From an uncultured Poribacteria bacterium (lineage in GTDB: Bacteria > Poribacteria > WGA-4E > WGA-3G): a stretch of DNA of 64,000 bases. The position numbers and the translations under genes were made by a program. The stretch spans positions 1,728,470-1,792,469 of the forward strand of contig OX639973.1 in NCBI GenBank assembly GCA_951828385.1, read 5' to 3'. Below the pieces are notes generated by a model. It did no database searches and was not told the origin of the DNA. It worked only from the letters and a program-made list of their open reading frames with translations. Below, one piece after another: positions 8,331 through 18,300 of the stretch. Within the stretch, counting starts at the first letter, position 1; each line of letters begins with the position of its first letter.

Positions 8331-8570
8331 TATAGTGAATCCTAAAAATAAATAGACACATTCGTAGCACAAACTTCCAGTTTGTGCCAGTCTGAATGCC
8401 TGTTATAGGTATTCAGACTGTTTGAGAATGCCCAATTAATTCTAAACTTTACTATAAAATAAATAGACACATTCGTAGCACAAACTTCCAGTTTGTGTTT
8501 CCAGTCTGAATGCCTGTTATAGGTATTCAGACTGTTTGAGAATGCCCAATTAATTCTAAACTTTACTATA
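8331..8570 (+). mobile_element. REP-carrying MITE family A, tandem dimer with 5-bp flanking direct repeat GCAAT
   Basis: TATAGTGAA...TTTACTATA ends; internal GTAGCACAAACTTCCAGTTTGTGC and CAGTCTGAATGCCT/AGGTATTCAGACTG hairpins; GCAAT at 8326-8330 and 8571-8575. Confidence 0.8.
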
Positions 8571-8662
8571 GCAATTGATAGTTGGTAAGAAGAGGCTTAG
8601 CTTAATCAAAAATCTTTTAACTGATAACCAACAACCAACAACTGATAACCCTTAAAACAGCC

Positions 8663-10087
8663 ATGCCACAAAACAAACCGCATATTCTATTCCTCATCAA
8701 TGACGAACACCGTCCCGATGTCCTGCCCATCGAAGGGGACACGGCTATCCGCACGCCGACACTCTCTCGGTTTATGGATGAGGGTATCTACTTCCGCAAC
8801 GCCTATACACCTTCACCGATTTGTGTCCCTGCACGCCAAAGTTTTCTTTCAGGACTCTATCCGCGTAACTGTGGAAGTCTCAACTTTGGTGATCCGATGC
8901 CAACAGAGGTCCGAACGATTCCGGGGCAGTTAGGAAACTACGGGTATTACGCATGCTGCGCCGGTAAAATGCACTTCGTCGGGACAGATGTGATGCACGG
9001 TTGGCAGGAACGGGTCGGACGCGATATCATCGGTGCGAACGGGTATCCATATCCGACTGTTAAGGATGAACACTACGCGCGGACTGAACGAGAGCCAGGG
9101 ACGGGTCCGAAGCAGAACAAGGTGATTCAGGAGGTTCGCGATGCACAACCCGGCTTGGGACAATGGATGCTTCATGACCAATACAATGTAGATGGTGCGC
9201 TGCTGTTTCTTGAGGAGTATTTCGTTAATGCCTCTTATGATCGTCCGAAGTCCAATCCGCTCTGTATGGCGGTCAGCCTTATAGCACCCCACTATCCGTA
9301 TCAGTGCCCACTTGACCTGTTTACTTACTATATGCAGCGGGTGGAACCGATTGTTGAAGAACCGAACGAGCAGTTTGGATACGACGAGTTTTTCAGAGTC
9401 AGGGTCGGTCAAGATGTGACCTATCGTCAGGCACACCGAGCGACCGCGGCGTATTACGGCATGATTGAGTGGATGGACGCACAATTCGGTCGGGTCATTG
9501 AGCAGCTGGAACACTTGAACGTTTTGGACGATTTTATCATCGTTTTCCTCTCTGACCACGGCGAGATGCTCGGCACGAAAGGCCTTTGGGAAAAACAGAG
9601 TTACTTTGAGGCTTCGGCACGCGTACCACTTTCTATCTGGTATCCGAAGCGATTTGGACGCGAACCGAAGGTCGTTGAGCAGAATGTATCGTTAGTTGAC
9701 CTATTTCCGACTATATGCGAGTTAGCAGAGATTCCAGCACCTGACGAACTTGATGGAAGCTCTCTCGTGCCACTTATTGAAGGAGATACGGCGAATTGGC
9801 ATGATACCGTTTACAGCGAACTGTGGCGCGCCCAAAACGGACCCTCTGTGATGGTCAAAGAGGGCAGTTTAAAGTATTTCCGATTTAACAACAATAAGGG
9901 ATGGCCCGAGCAACTCTTTGATCTCTCCAAAGACCCCGATGAACGAAACAACCTGATTGATGTCCCTGCTTATGCCGATGCCCTCTCAAAGCTGCGTGCT
10001 AAAGCCGATGCCTTACCTGAACCACGCCGTAAAAATGAAAATAACAGGTTCATCGACCCGCATCGCCCGATAGCCACCCCGCATTAA
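8663..10087 (+). CDS. Sulfatase (formylglycine-dependent, choline-sulfatase-like)
   Basis: CVPARQSFLSG (CxPxR), GKMHF, SDHGEMLG. Confidence 0.92.
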   Translation: MPQNKPHILFLINDEHRPDVLPIEGDTAIRTPTLSRFMDEGIYFRNAYTPSPICVPARQSFLSGLYPRNCGSLNFGDPMPTEVRTIPGQLGNYGYYACCAGKMHFVGTDVMHGWQERVGRDIIGANGYPYPTVKDEHYARTEREPGTGPKQNKVIQEVRDAQPGLGQWMLHDQYNVDGALLFLEEYFVNASYDRPKSNPLCMAVSLIAPHYPYQCPLDLFTYYMQRVEPIVEEPNEQFGYDEFFRVRVGQDVTYRQAHRATAAYYGMIEWMDAQFGRVIEQLEHLNVLDDFIIVFLSDHGEMLGTKGLWEKQSYFEASARVPLSIWYPKRFGREPKVVEQNVSLVDLFPTICELAEIPAPDELDGSSLVPLIEGDTANWHDTVYSELWRAQNGPSVMVKEGSLKYFRFNNNKGWPEQLFDLSKDPDERNNLIDVPAYADALSKLRAKADALPEPRRKNENNRFIDPHRPIATPH

Positions 10088-10319
10088 GCGGTGGGAACTT
10101 TTGACATAATCTCCGTAGCTGGTCCCTGGTTGGACAGTAGCCGAATGACTCGTCGCCGCCTAAACAAAGATTCCCGGCTTTTCTGTCGATTAGGATCCGG
10201 CAAATTTGATATAATGACGCTCCACATCTCAGCAACACCTACGTGATGATGTCGGTGCGCGTTTGACATCACAAATTTGAAACCGCTCCTACCAAGGAAG
10301 TGTGTAAGTCTCAATCTTT

Positions 10320-10442
10320 TATAGTGAATCCTAAAAATAAATAGACATCGTAGCACAAACTTCCAGTTTGTGCCAGTCTGAATGCCTATTATAGGTATTC
10401 AGACTGTTTGAGAGTGCCCAATTAATTCTAAACTTTACTATA
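10320..10442 (+). mobile_element. REP-carrying MITE family A copy
   Basis: Near-identical to 8331-8456. Confidence 0.8.
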
Positions 10443-10458
10443 AGAAGGAAATTTTCTG

Positions 10459-12267
10459 ATGAAAACGCAAGTTTTAATTTCAAAAAGTTTTGTGTTACTG
10501 CTTATAGGTGTTTTTGTAAGTTTCGGCATACAAGGTATGAGTTACGGTGCCCCTGGCGGGGTCTGTGAAGTCGGTGATGTGCTTTCGCCGGGACAGAGTT
10601 GTACCTACCCCGGCACCGGGACCGAGTTCACGGTTCTTGATGACGGAACTGGACAGTTCCTGTTCGCTACCGCCGATGTTGCATTGAATCTCAGAGACAC
10701 GCTTGTCAATGGCAAGCCTTATACCTTCGCTGCCAGCAAACGCGAGGGGAACTGGGTCATCGAGGAACTCGGAGGTATTGTTGACCTTCAAGCACCGCCA
10801 ATATTCTGGACCGACCGGGGCACGGATAAAATCCAGCGTATGAACCTGGATGGCACCAGTGTTGAAGACCTCATCACCATCGACATAGGTATCTTAGGTG
10901 GCATCGCCTTAGACGTGGCAGGTGGCAAGATGTACTGGGCAAACTGGGGGTTCCCAAGCGGAATCCAGTGTGCCAACCTTGATGGCTCAAATGTACAAAC
11001 CCTCGTCAATACCGATGATGATCCCGCGGACATCGCTTTAGATGTCGCCGAGGGTAAGGTGTACTGGACGGTAGGACCTATCGCGGAGGATGGCCAGGGT
11101 AAAATTCAGCGCGCCAACCTTGATGGCACTAACGTCGAAACCCTCGTATCCGGATTAATCAAGAACCCAGATTACATCACCTTGGATGTCACTGAACGTA
11201 AAATGTACTGGTCAATGGCAGGGTACGCCGAGGGTACCAATGAGAGTAAAATCCAGCGTGCGAACTTAGATGGCACCAATGTTGAAAATGTTATTCCGTC
11301 GTTAGAATTCGGACTTCCAGGGGGAGTCGCCTTAGCCGTGGGCGATGGCAAGATATACTGGACAAATTGGGGGACCCCAGAGGGAATCCAGTGTGCCAAC
11401 CTTGACGGTTCAAATCCCCAAACCCTCGTCAACACCGATGATCATCCCTGGGGCATCGCTTTGGATGCAGCCGGCGGTAAAGTGTACTGGACGCTAGGGC
11501 CTATCTCGGTGGATGGCCACGGTAAAATTCAGCGCGCCAACCTTGACGGAACCAACGTCGAAACCCTCGTCTGGGGATTGGATTCACCAAGATACATCGC
11601 CCTTGCTATCCCATCTCTACAAACCCCTGAGGGCACTGGGACTGGGCAGATCGTCCGTGCGGATGTCAATGGTGATGGTATGGTAAACATCCAGGATTTG
11701 GTAATCGTTGCTACAAATCTTGACAAACAGGGCGAGAATGCCGCGGATGTCAACACCGATGGCATCGTGAACATTCAAGACTTAGTGTTGGTTGCTGCTG
11801 CCCTTGGTCAAGACGACGCAGCCGCACCGTCTTGGCATACGGACTTTTTCGGAGGGATCTCCACCGCAGATGTGCAAGGTTGGTTATCCGAGGCACAGCA
11901 AATGAACGGGACAGACCCAAGGACCCGAAGAGGTGTGCTGTTCTTAGAGCAACTCCTCGCCGCGTTGCTCCCGCAAGAAACGACGCTCTTGGCGAACTAT
12001 CCGAACCCCTTCAATCCAGAAACGTGGATCCCCTATCAGTTGGCGAAACCGGCGGATGTGAATGTCTCCATCTATGCTACCGATGGCGCATTGGTTCGGA
12101 CGTTGGCACTTGGACATCAAGCAACAGGTGTGTATCAAAGTCGTGGGCGTGCAGCCTATTGGGATGGTAGAAACGCACTCGGGGAACCCGTCGCGAGTGG
12201 TGTCTATTTCTATACGCTTACAGCAGGCGAGTTCATCGCGACGCGACGGATGCTCGTTTTGAAGTAA
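10459..12267 (+). CDS. Secreted YWTD/LDL-receptor-B beta-propeller protein with dockerin-like EF-hand and C-terminal FlgD-Ig/T9SS-CTD-like domain
   Basis: Repeated KxYWT..IQRANLDG; DVNGDGMVNIQDL twice; NYPNPFNPETWIPYQL...WDGRN...GVYFY. Confidence 0.88.
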   Translation: MKTQVLISKSFVLLLIGVFVSFGIQGMSYGAPGGVCEVGDVLSPGQSCTYPGTGTEFTVLDDGTGQFLFATADVALNLRDTLVNGKPYTFAASKREGNWVIEELGGIVDLQAPPIFWTDRGTDKIQRMNLDGTSVEDLITIDIGILGGIALDVAGGKMYWANWGFPSGIQCANLDGSNVQTLVNTDDDPADIALDVAEGKVYWTVGPIAEDGQGKIQRANLDGTNVETLVSGLIKNPDYITLDVTERKMYWSMAGYAEGTNESKIQRANLDGTNVENVIPSLEFGLPGGVALAVGDGKIYWTNWGTPEGIQCANLDGSNPQTLVNTDDHPWGIALDAAGGKVYWTLGPISVDGHGKIQRANLDGTNVETLVWGLDSPRYIALAIPSLQTPEGTGTGQIVRADVNGDGMVNIQDLVIVATNLDKQGENAADVNTDGIVNIQDLVLVAAALGQDDAAAPSWHTDFFGGISTADVQGWLSEAQQMNGTDPRTRRGVLFLEQLLAALLPQETTLLANYPNPFNPETWIPYQLAKPADVNVSIYATDGALVRTLALGHQATGVYQSRGRAAYWDGRNALGEPVASGVYFYTLTAGEFIATRRMLVLK

Positions 12268-12277
12268 CGTCCTTTCT

Positions 12278-12305
12278 GTTGGCGAGGTTTCGGAATCTCG
12301 CCAAC
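12278..12305. terminator. Hairpin between convergent genes
   Basis: GTTGGCGAGGTT-tcgg-AATCTCGCCAAC. Confidence 0.55.
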
Positions 12306-12343
12306 CGCCCATATCAACACATAAAATATCGCTTTGTTAAGTT

Positions 12344-12811
12344 TCATCTGATGAAAGTCGTCGTTTCGCCACTATAGGCATCTTTAATCCGTTGCGCGTG
12401 GTTCAAAAGCATGTCCAATTTTTGTATCTCTTGATAAGAAAAATATCCGTATTCGGTTGTTTCGCAACTCAGCTGGAGTTCACCACCCACGATTTCCGCT
12501 TCAAAGCATAAAGCCACCAACTGGATCTTGTTTCCGTCTTGGTACACAACTAACTCATGTGGGGTTGTATAAACGCCAATTAAGCGTTTGATTGCAACTT
12601 GCAAACCTGTTTCTTCGTCAACTTCCCGGATACACGCCTCGTTTGCACTTTCTCCCGGCTCCATCCCTCCACTCGGTAAACACCATTGGTTATTATCTTC
12701 GCGTCTCGTTAACAGTATTTTTTCCCGATCCTTATCAAAAATGACAGCCGAACATCCAACACGGATTGTACCATTTTGCCCAACACGATGCCCTGTAATA
12801 ATTTTAGCCAT
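12344..12811 (-). CDS. Nudix hydrolase
   Basis: Nudix box GGMEPGESANEACIREVDEETGL; start placed at ATG 12811 after GGAGAG. Confidence 0.9.
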   Translation of the reverse strand: MAKIITGHRVGQNGTIRVGCSAVIFDKDREKILLTRREDNNQWCLPSGGMEPGESANEACIREVDEETGLQVAIKRLIGVYTTPHELVVYQDGNKIQLVALCFEAEIVGGELQLSCETTEYGYFSYQEIQKLDMLLNHAQRIKDAYSGETTTFIR

Positions 12812-12876
12812 TTCCATCTCTCCATCTGTTATTGAAAATATGTGTTGTTCAATAAACAAGCTAAAATAACGCGAGT

Positions 12877-13017
12877 TATAGTGAATCATTCGTAGCGCAA
12901 ACTTCCAGTTTGTGCACATTCGTAGCACAAACTTTTAGTTTGGGTTTCCAGTCTGAATGCCTGTTATAGGTATTCAGACTGTTTGAGAGTGCCCAATTAA
13001 TTCTAAACTTTACTATA
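12877..13017 (+). mobile_element. MITE family A copy with two REP units
   Basis: TATAGTGAATC...TTTACTATA ends, two GTAG hairpins, conserved second hairpin. Confidence 0.78.
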
Positions 13018-13024
13018 CCACCTT

Positions 13025-13080
13025 GTAGCATAGACTGTTAGTCTGTGCATCAGGGCGCGCAACCTAACAGGATACGCTAC
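13025..13080. repeat. REPIN-like inverted pair of GTAG-REP variant B
   Basis: GTAGCATAGACTGTTAGTCTGTGC ... GCGCAACCTAACAGGATACGCTAC; similar pair at 14765-14820. Confidence 0.65.
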
Positions 13081-13158
13081 AAAACCGGGCGGCGCCTCAA
13101 CGATTTTCAATGAAAAATGGACGCTATATGCCGAAAATCTTATCAGTAGCAACTTGGG

Positions 13159-14562
13159 TCAAAACAGGTCATTTGCCGCAATAAGGCAGACATGTCCGTT
13201 TTCTGCTTTCTCTTTGAGCGCATCCGTGAAACCGTTCGCAGAAAATAAGATGTATCGTGGGTGCTGCTGCCACCTATCTGGGACTTTTTCAGTATTTTCA
13301 ATGAGACGTTCTAAAACATTTTCTCCGACTGGAGCGTTCCACCATTTGCACTCCGCAAACCAGTGGCTGCCATCAATATTTTCTGTCAATATATCAATTT
13401 CAAAATCTGACCCCCAATGTGCGCCGATCTGCTTCGGAGCAATCTTTAGTTTCTCCTCCCAATAGCGTCCGATGTATTGGCGGCAAACGTCTTCAAAGAT
13501 TTCTCCCATATAATGCGATAGGTTTGGGGCGATCATCTCCTCATATACCAAATCCGCGTTTCCAGATTCGATGAGACTCCGATTCGGTAGCACAAACCGA
13601 AACCAGAACTTGACGTAGTTATCCGCGATTTTATAAAGTCCTTTTTTGCTCTTTTGAGGGGCACGGTCGGTGATGGGTGTCTCGCGTTTGACCAATCCCA
13701 GGTCTCGAAGCACGCTCAGATATTTATTCACATTCGTTGCGTCAAGTCCGACCCGTTGGGAAATCTCATTTAATCGCGTCGCACCACCAGCAATCGCCTG
13801 TAACACACTTGCGTACGTTCTCGGCTCCCTGAGTTCTGTGCGTAACAAGAAATTAACCTCATCGAATAAGTACCCTTGCGGTGTGAGCAGCTCGTTTTTG
13901 ATATGTTGTTCAACCGTTCTTTGCGGAGCGTTTGAGGCGCGCAACGCAAATTGATTGAGATACGCTGGCATACCGCCGAGGATACCATAAAAGAGCAGTT
14001 TCTCTTTCGCAGAATATTCTGGAAAGAAGTATCCACTATCGCGATAGGACAACGGCATCAAACGGAGTTGTCCAGTGCGCCGCCCATATAATGGTGAGCG
14101 TTCCGCTAATATCTCTCGCTCCATGAAACTCATCTGTGACCCACACAGAATCAAGAAGAGTTTGCTGTTTTTTCCGTGTAGATCCCAAAAGCGTTGAATT
14201 AATGAAGGAAGTGCTGTGTTATCCTCACAGAGATATTGAAATTCATCAAGCACCAAAATCAGGCGTTCTTTTTCTGACTGTTGGGCAAAATAGACGAGTG
14301 CGGCTTCCCAATCATCAAAGACAAGGTTTTGAAGTAGCGGATCATCAAATAGATGCCGAGCGGTTTCGGTAAGCTGCCGGAGATGGTCGCGTTCTTTCAA
14401 TTGGCTGGCGAGAAAGTAAATGCTCCTTTTACCCTTACAAAATTGCGTCAATAGTTCAGTTTTCCCGACCCGCCGCCTGCCGTACAACACGAAAAATTCC
14501 GCTAATTCTGATTGGAACATCTGCTCTAAAGCCGCTAATTCTTGATCCCGATCAATAAACAT
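13159..14562 (-). CDS. Archaeal-type ATPase (ATPase_2) with wHTH and DUF234/PD-(D/E)xK C-terminus
   Basis: MFIDRDQEL, YGRRRVGKTEL Walker A, LVLDEFQY, EIDIL...FAECKW. Confidence 0.9.
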   Translation of the reverse strand: MFIDRDQELAALEQMFQSELAEFFVLYGRRRVGKTELLTQFCKGKRSIYFLASQLKERDHLRQLTETARHLFDDPLLQNLVFDDWEAALVYFAQQSEKERLILVLDEFQYLCEDNTALPSLIQRFWDLHGKNSKLFLILCGSQMSFMEREILAERSPLYGRRTGQLRLMPLSYRDSGYFFPEYSAKEKLLFYGILGGMPAYLNQFALRASNAPQRTVEQHIKNELLTPQGYLFDEVNFLLRTELREPRTYASVLQAIAGGATRLNEISQRVGLDATNVNKYLSVLRDLGLVKRETPITDRAPQKSKKGLYKIADNYVKFWFRFVLPNRSLIESGNADLVYEEMIAPNLSHYMGEIFEDVCRQYIGRYWEEKLKIAPKQIGAHWGSDFEIDILTENIDGSHWFAECKWWNAPVGENVLERLIENTEKVPDRWQQHPRYILFSANGFTDALKEKAENGHVCLIAANDLF

Positions 14563-14586
14563 GAATTTTCTCCCTAAATGCGGTGC

Positions 14587-14640
14587 AAAGTATTATACGC
14601 TAAAGTATTATACGCTAAAGTATTATACGCTAAAGTATAA
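14587..14640. repeat. 15-bp tandem repeat (3 copies plus a partial) upstream of the ATPase
   Basis: (AAAGTATTATACGCT)x3 followed by AAAGTATAA. Confidence 0.9.
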
Positions 14641-14668
14641 TTCAAATCCAGTGAATTCTGGTGAAGCT

Positions 14669-14728
14669 TCGATTTTCCTTGCACATATTTCACGTTAAAT
14701 GGTATATTATAATAACCTAAGTTGCCAC
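14669..14728 (+). promoter_or_regulatory. Duplicated sigma70-like promoter block, copy 1
   Basis: TTGCAC-N18-TATATT with TG extension; near-identical to 19914-19970. Confidence 0.55.
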
Positions 14729-14764
14729 CTTTGTCGCAGCATCTGTTAGATTATAAAAGTGATT

Positions 14765-14820
14765 GTAGCTTATGCTGTGAGTCTGTGCTACCGCGTGTGC
14801 AAACTAACAGTGGACGCTAC
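14765..14820. repeat. Degenerate REPIN-like pair, REP variant B
   Basis: GTAGC...GTCTGTGC ... GCAAACTAACAGTGGACGCTAC. Confidence 0.55.
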
Positions 14821-15338
14821 GAAATCTCTGCGTGTCTAAAATATAGGGCTGTTTCAAGTTGAGGGTGTTGGCTGGGTGTCTGGCGAGGCAACCTCAAAAA
14901 AACACCCAAGCAAAAACCCGCTACGGTGAACCGATTGCGGTTGTAGTAAGGAAACCATTTCCCGTTAGAGACGTTCTATAAATCACACGCCTACGAGCCG
15001 TTAGCACTATTTATTACGATAAACGTCAGTTCGATAATAAAAATTGGATATAGATGTAGAAACCCAACACCTCAAACGCCGCCGGTGAGAGAATGCATTG
15101 GGTTTCACGCATGTTAACACTAAATGGGTATTTAGTTCGTTTGTAGAGGGATCTCCGAATCCCAGCATATCCCTGTAGGCGCGAGTGTTTTTGCTTACGT
15201 ATTTCCGTGTATTTCTGCGGATTTCCGGCGCTCGCGATTTGATAGACAAAGTGCGTAAAAAACGAAAACTAAATAACCCGAACACTACACAATTTTGGTT
15301 TCGTTTTGAAATCGAAAAACGAATATAAGGAGTTTTTC

Positions 15339-18300
15339 ATGTTGAATATAATTGGGAATAGAAAAATCATTGTATCCATTCTAACGATGATGTTCCTGAT
15401 AGTTGGCGTGCAGGGCATTAGTTATGCCCAAGCACCTGACTTAAGGGTTAGTCTAGAAGATGTTAATCCAACCTCCGTAGCTCCTGGTGGAAATATCACG
15501 CTCACAGCTACTGTCAGAAACCACGGTGGTGCACCATCTGTGTCTACGTTTTTGGACTATTATCAAGGTGTCGGTCCCACACCGGCTACAACCGGTTCAC
15601 TTATTCGTTCAGTGTCCGTTAAAGCACTCGATGCCAGTAATCCAAGCACCAGTGATGAAGACAAGATCAGCATTTCTGAGGCTGCACCGACCGGAACAGG
15701 GACATACTATTATTACGCCCGGGTAAGATCTAGTAATAATTCATCAAGGGTTGTCCGTCTCGAAGTTACGAATGTACAGCCGAACTTAACCGTAAGCCTT
15801 CTCTACTCTCAAGGTTCCTACAACTCGGTAGTCCCTGGTGGAACTTTCACACTTGTTGCCACGGTCGAAAACATAGGTAATGGGCCATCTGATCCTACAA
15901 ACTTGACATATTCTTATCGCGCCGCCACCACCACGCAAACTTGGACAAACGAATTTCCTATTAGTGGTGTCACAATTCCGTCCCTCAGCGTCAATGAATC
16001 AATCCAGCGTTCTGTAACACTGCCTGCGCCGTCTATCTCGGCCCCCTACTTCCCGGGTGCCTACTATTACCGTGTTCGGGTAACCCCTGTCAATAACGAG
16101 AGTGATGCGCCTGGTTATTCCAATAATCATTCTGCTTCTGTATATATCACAACTGCCTCAGGGGATTTAGTTGTTGACACCCCGACAGTTGACAAATCTA
16201 CCTTAGCCCCCGGTGAAAGTTTCACGCTCACGGCTACCGTCAGGAACAATGGTATCGGTAACTCCGGTGCTGCAACATTGCGGTATTATCGTTCTACGGA
16301 TGCTACCATTTCTCCTGATTCAACCACTGGTACAGCCGATACGGAAGTCGGAACAGCAGATACGATTAGTGCCCTCTCTGGTTATAATACCGTTAATCAG
16401 ATTTACCCCAACACTAGCACGCAGACCGTTGAGCTGACTGCCCCGACTACAGCGGGTACCTATTATTATGGTGCCTGCGTAAGCACCAGCTACTATGAGA
16501 CCAGGAGCGATAATAACTGCTCCGCTGCCGTAACCATTACTGTATCGGCACCCCCGGATTTAGTTGCTGAGCTTTTTGAGCTCAGAGGGACGGCTACCTT
16601 AGCCCCCGGTGAACGGTTCACGCTTGATGCCACTGTCACAAACGAAGGCGAAGGGCAATCTGCTGCTACCACCTTACGGTTTTATGAATCCATCGATCGC
16701 AGGTTTAGAAGTGAGGACGAGGTCGGTCGGGTTTCGGTGAGCGCACTCGCCAAAGATGGTACCAGTAATGAGGGCATCAGACTGGTCGCTCCGTCTGAGC
16801 CCGGCATTTATTATTACCGTGTGCATGTAGACGAAGTTGCAAATGAAGAATCTACCTCTAATAACTGGTCGGGGTACATAGAGGTCTTTGTAGAGGCACC
16901 ACTGGTCATTGAATCCGTGCAGCCGAGCAAGTTTGCCTTAAGTCCCCGTGAACGTTTCACGCTCACTGCCACCATCAAAAACGACGGAGATACGGTATCT
17001 GCCAGGACAGTGGTAGAGTATTATCTTTCTGATGATGATAGTCTTACCACAAGAGATACCTCTATCGGCACAGATACTGTGAGTGCGATCGCCGCGGGAC
17101 GGACAACCGAAGTTAGCCGCTCGCTGACTGCCCCGAATGCAGCGGGTACCTACTATTACGGTGTCTGCGTAGGCGATGGCATCAGCAGTGATGCGTGTGA
17201 GGTTATTGAAATCACTGTCGTAGCGGTCTTAATCCGTGAATCCCAACGTCCACCGATGTATTGGGTGGATGCGGATGTCGGCACACTCCAAAGTTTGACG
17301 GGCTCGAGCGTGGATCGCCTTGTGCCAAATGTCCAGAACGCAACCAGCGTGGTGGTGGATATGGCGGGCGATAAGGTCTACTGGGCAGAGCAAACGGGCA
17401 ATAACAGCGGTAGAATCCGCCGTGCGAACCTCAATGGTTCAAACGTCCAGTTGGTTCGGGAACTAACAAGCGTCCCCCAAGGGCTTGCACTTGATACCGC
17501 AAATGGCACGTTGTATCTGACCAACTCTCGCGGCAAAGTGCAGCGGATGAATCTCAACGGGTCGGATTTTGAAGCCGACCTCATCGTTAACTTGCAATCT
17601 CCGCGAGGGATCGCCGTAGATCCTGCCGGTGGTAAAGTCTATTGGACAGAGCAGACAGGCGATAACAGCGGTAGAATCCGCCGTGCGAACCTCAATGGTT
17701 CAAATATTCAGTCGGTTCGCGAGGTAAGAAGCGTCCTCCAAGGGCTCGCGCTTGATGCCGCAAATGGAAAGTTGTATCTGACCAACTCTCGAGGCAAAGT
17801 ACAGCAGATGAATCTTAATGGTTCAGGTTTCCAACCGAATCTTATCGTCGACTTGGATTCTCCGCGAGGGATCGCTGTGGATGTGGCGGGTGATAAGGTC
17901 TATTGGACAGAAGAAGGTAAGATCCGGCGTGCCAATCTCGATGGCAGTAACCCCCAAGATGTTGCCACAGGTTTAGGGACACCTGACGGGATTTTCCTGC
18001 AGGTTGCCCCAATTGCCGCAGTTGAAATCTTAGTCCGTGAATCCCAACGCCCACCGATGTATTGGGTGGATGCTGGCGTCGGCACACTCCAAAGTTTGAC
18101 GGGATCGAGCGTGGATGCCCTTGTGTCAAATGTCCAAAACGCAACCAGCGTGGCGCTCGATATCGCAGACGATAAGGTCTACTGGGCAGAGCAGACGGGC
18201 AATCACAGCGGCAGCGTCTGGCGCGCGAACCTCAATGGCACCAACCCCGAACTGGTGCGGGAGTTAACAACCGCACCCCGCCGGATTGCGCTTGATACCG

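Noticed and set aside
10084..10356. Short minus-strand ORFs after the sulfatase
   Set aside because: They start in MITE sequence or lack an RBS and show no recognisable motif
12344..12928. ORF-track N-terminal extensions (Nudix 12928, also 30365, 39721, 45968, 58645)
   Set aside because: The extensions run through repeats or upstream genes; downstream ATGs with an RBS or translational coupling fit better
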